A stretch of DNA of 64,000 bases, taken from Lama guanicoe. Its lineage: Eukaryota. The position numbers and the translations under genes are program-made. Of the stretch, positions 62,606 to 64,000 are shown piece after piece (position 1 is the stretch's first letter; every line of letters starts with the position of its first letter). The DNA lies in the NCBI GenBank assembly GCA_013239625.1, contig MU054001.1, positions 3,168,151 through 3,232,150 of the forward strand, given 5' to 3'. A model generated the notes under the pieces. It did not search any database, was not told the DNA's origin, and worked only from the letters and a program-made list of their open reading frames with translations.

Positions 62606-64000
62606 TTCTACCACCTTGAATAATGCCTTCACCATAAAAAAAAAACTCAATAAATAAATATTCTGAATGAATTTATGCATGCATGATTGGGCAAATTTTG
62701 TGGCTTTTTGTGAAACATAAATGGTTTGCGGGTGGGTATGGGCATGGGGAGGGGAAACTTCTTTTTCAATCCTATGGATTTACTTTGAAAGACCAAATAG
62801 GATACAAAATAATAATAGCTAACATTTATTGTGATTAAACACATTACAGACTTATTCTAATTATGTCTCAAAGCATCCTGCTAGGGAAGCCACTATTATG
62901 GTCTTCACGTCATTGATGAGGAAGGGAAGACTCAGAAAGATCAAGGGATGAGTTATTAAGCGGGAAGAGCTGGGTGTCAGGCTCAGCAACTTCTGACTAT
63001 AGGGCCCTGTGATTAAGCATTTCCTTGAATGGAAGGAGGGTCTGGCTGTGTCCCTGCTCCTAACTTGCTGAGTGTCCTTGGGTGAGTCGCTGACCCTATC
63101 TGGTCACAAGGGAGCCCTCCTGAGCTAGGGGATGTCTTTAAATCCTTCCAGGAGAGGCATTTCAGCCCTCAGTTCTCTGATCAAATGGCTCACCCTTAGA
63201 AGTCCCCCCTACAGCCCCCTCAGTTCGCCTGTGTCGTTTGTTACCCCATCCCCAGCAGTGTATCCACACAACAGTGCCTGGAGTGAACTGAATGCTCAAA
63301 AATTGTCTATCAAGCTTTGGTGGGGGCCCCCAACTGCTATAAAAATCTGCAGATTGGGTGAGGTCAGCTTCCATGCCGTAAAGAGATTCCTCACCCTGGC
63401 CCCTGAAAACAGCAATTAAAGAACCCCCGCAGGCTGAGAAGAGAACTCTGACAGTTAGAAACCAAGGCCAAACCAAACACCATGGGCGCCTCCTGCTAAG
63501 TAAGGCAGGGATGAGCCCTCTCCCTGCAGTGGGAGTGAGTCGGCCCGTAGAGGTTCCCCAGGGCTGGCGGCAGGCGGCTCCCGGGTCTTGTCCTCTGTCT
63601 CACTCACACTGGGGTGCAGGTGGGACTCGGAAGGACCGGGGATCAGAACGCTGGAGGCTTTGGTAACTGAGCAGCCCAGGCTGTCTGGCCAGGAGGGGGC
63701 TGCCATTTGGAAGGCACGCAAGCCCCCAGGAACAGATCATAGCAACCACCCACCCAAGCCTGCCTTGGGGACAGGGTTGAGGGGCCTCTCTGGTTGTACA
63801 CAAGAGCCGATAATAAAAGCACAATGCAGAGGCCTCACTCCCCAGCTGGTTGTGCACGCCCCATTCGGTTGGCGGGGGTGGCCGTCTCCCTTTCAAGTGG
63901 GCTCCGGTCCCCCTCGGCCGCCTCCTCCTTGCTTGGTCTTTTAGTCACATACCAGACATGTCTCACAGAGCAGACCCGAAACCCCAGGTGGCAGAATCCC

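Overview
This is mammalian, repeat-rich non-coding DNA, most likely from a camelid (alpaca, llama or camel). That host call rests on a Vic-1-like tRNA-derived SINE at ~51.3 kb, recurrent young LINE-1 3' ends, and no recognisable Alu, B1, Bov-A/BovB, PRE-1 or Can-SINE. I see no intact protein-coding gene, structural RNA gene or CRISPR array, and almost all listed ORFs look spurious. Recognisable protein-derived relics are: (i) a 5'-truncated processed pseudogene of CABIN1 (minus strand, ~47.4-48.6 kb) inserted into a MaLR LTR; (ii) a degraded ERV-L internal region (gag/pro/RT/RNaseH/IN start, minus strand, ~38.2-42.3 kb); (iii) a hAT-Charlie transposase fossil (~19.7-21.1 kb). The rest is MIR, L2, old L1M, MLT1/LTR16 LTRs, MITEs and microsatellites, interrupted by repeat-free blocks rich in developmental transcription-factor motifs, as in a gene desert or large intron. 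The most unusual items are a perfectly duplicated micro-L1 insertion with a putative 3' transduction and three TSD copies (37991-38194), and the internal deletions in the CABIN1 retrocopy, one of which removes the calcineurin-docking motif. I found no evidence for a novel multi-gene biological system. Repeat family names come from remembered consensus sequences, and boundaries are approximate unless stated.
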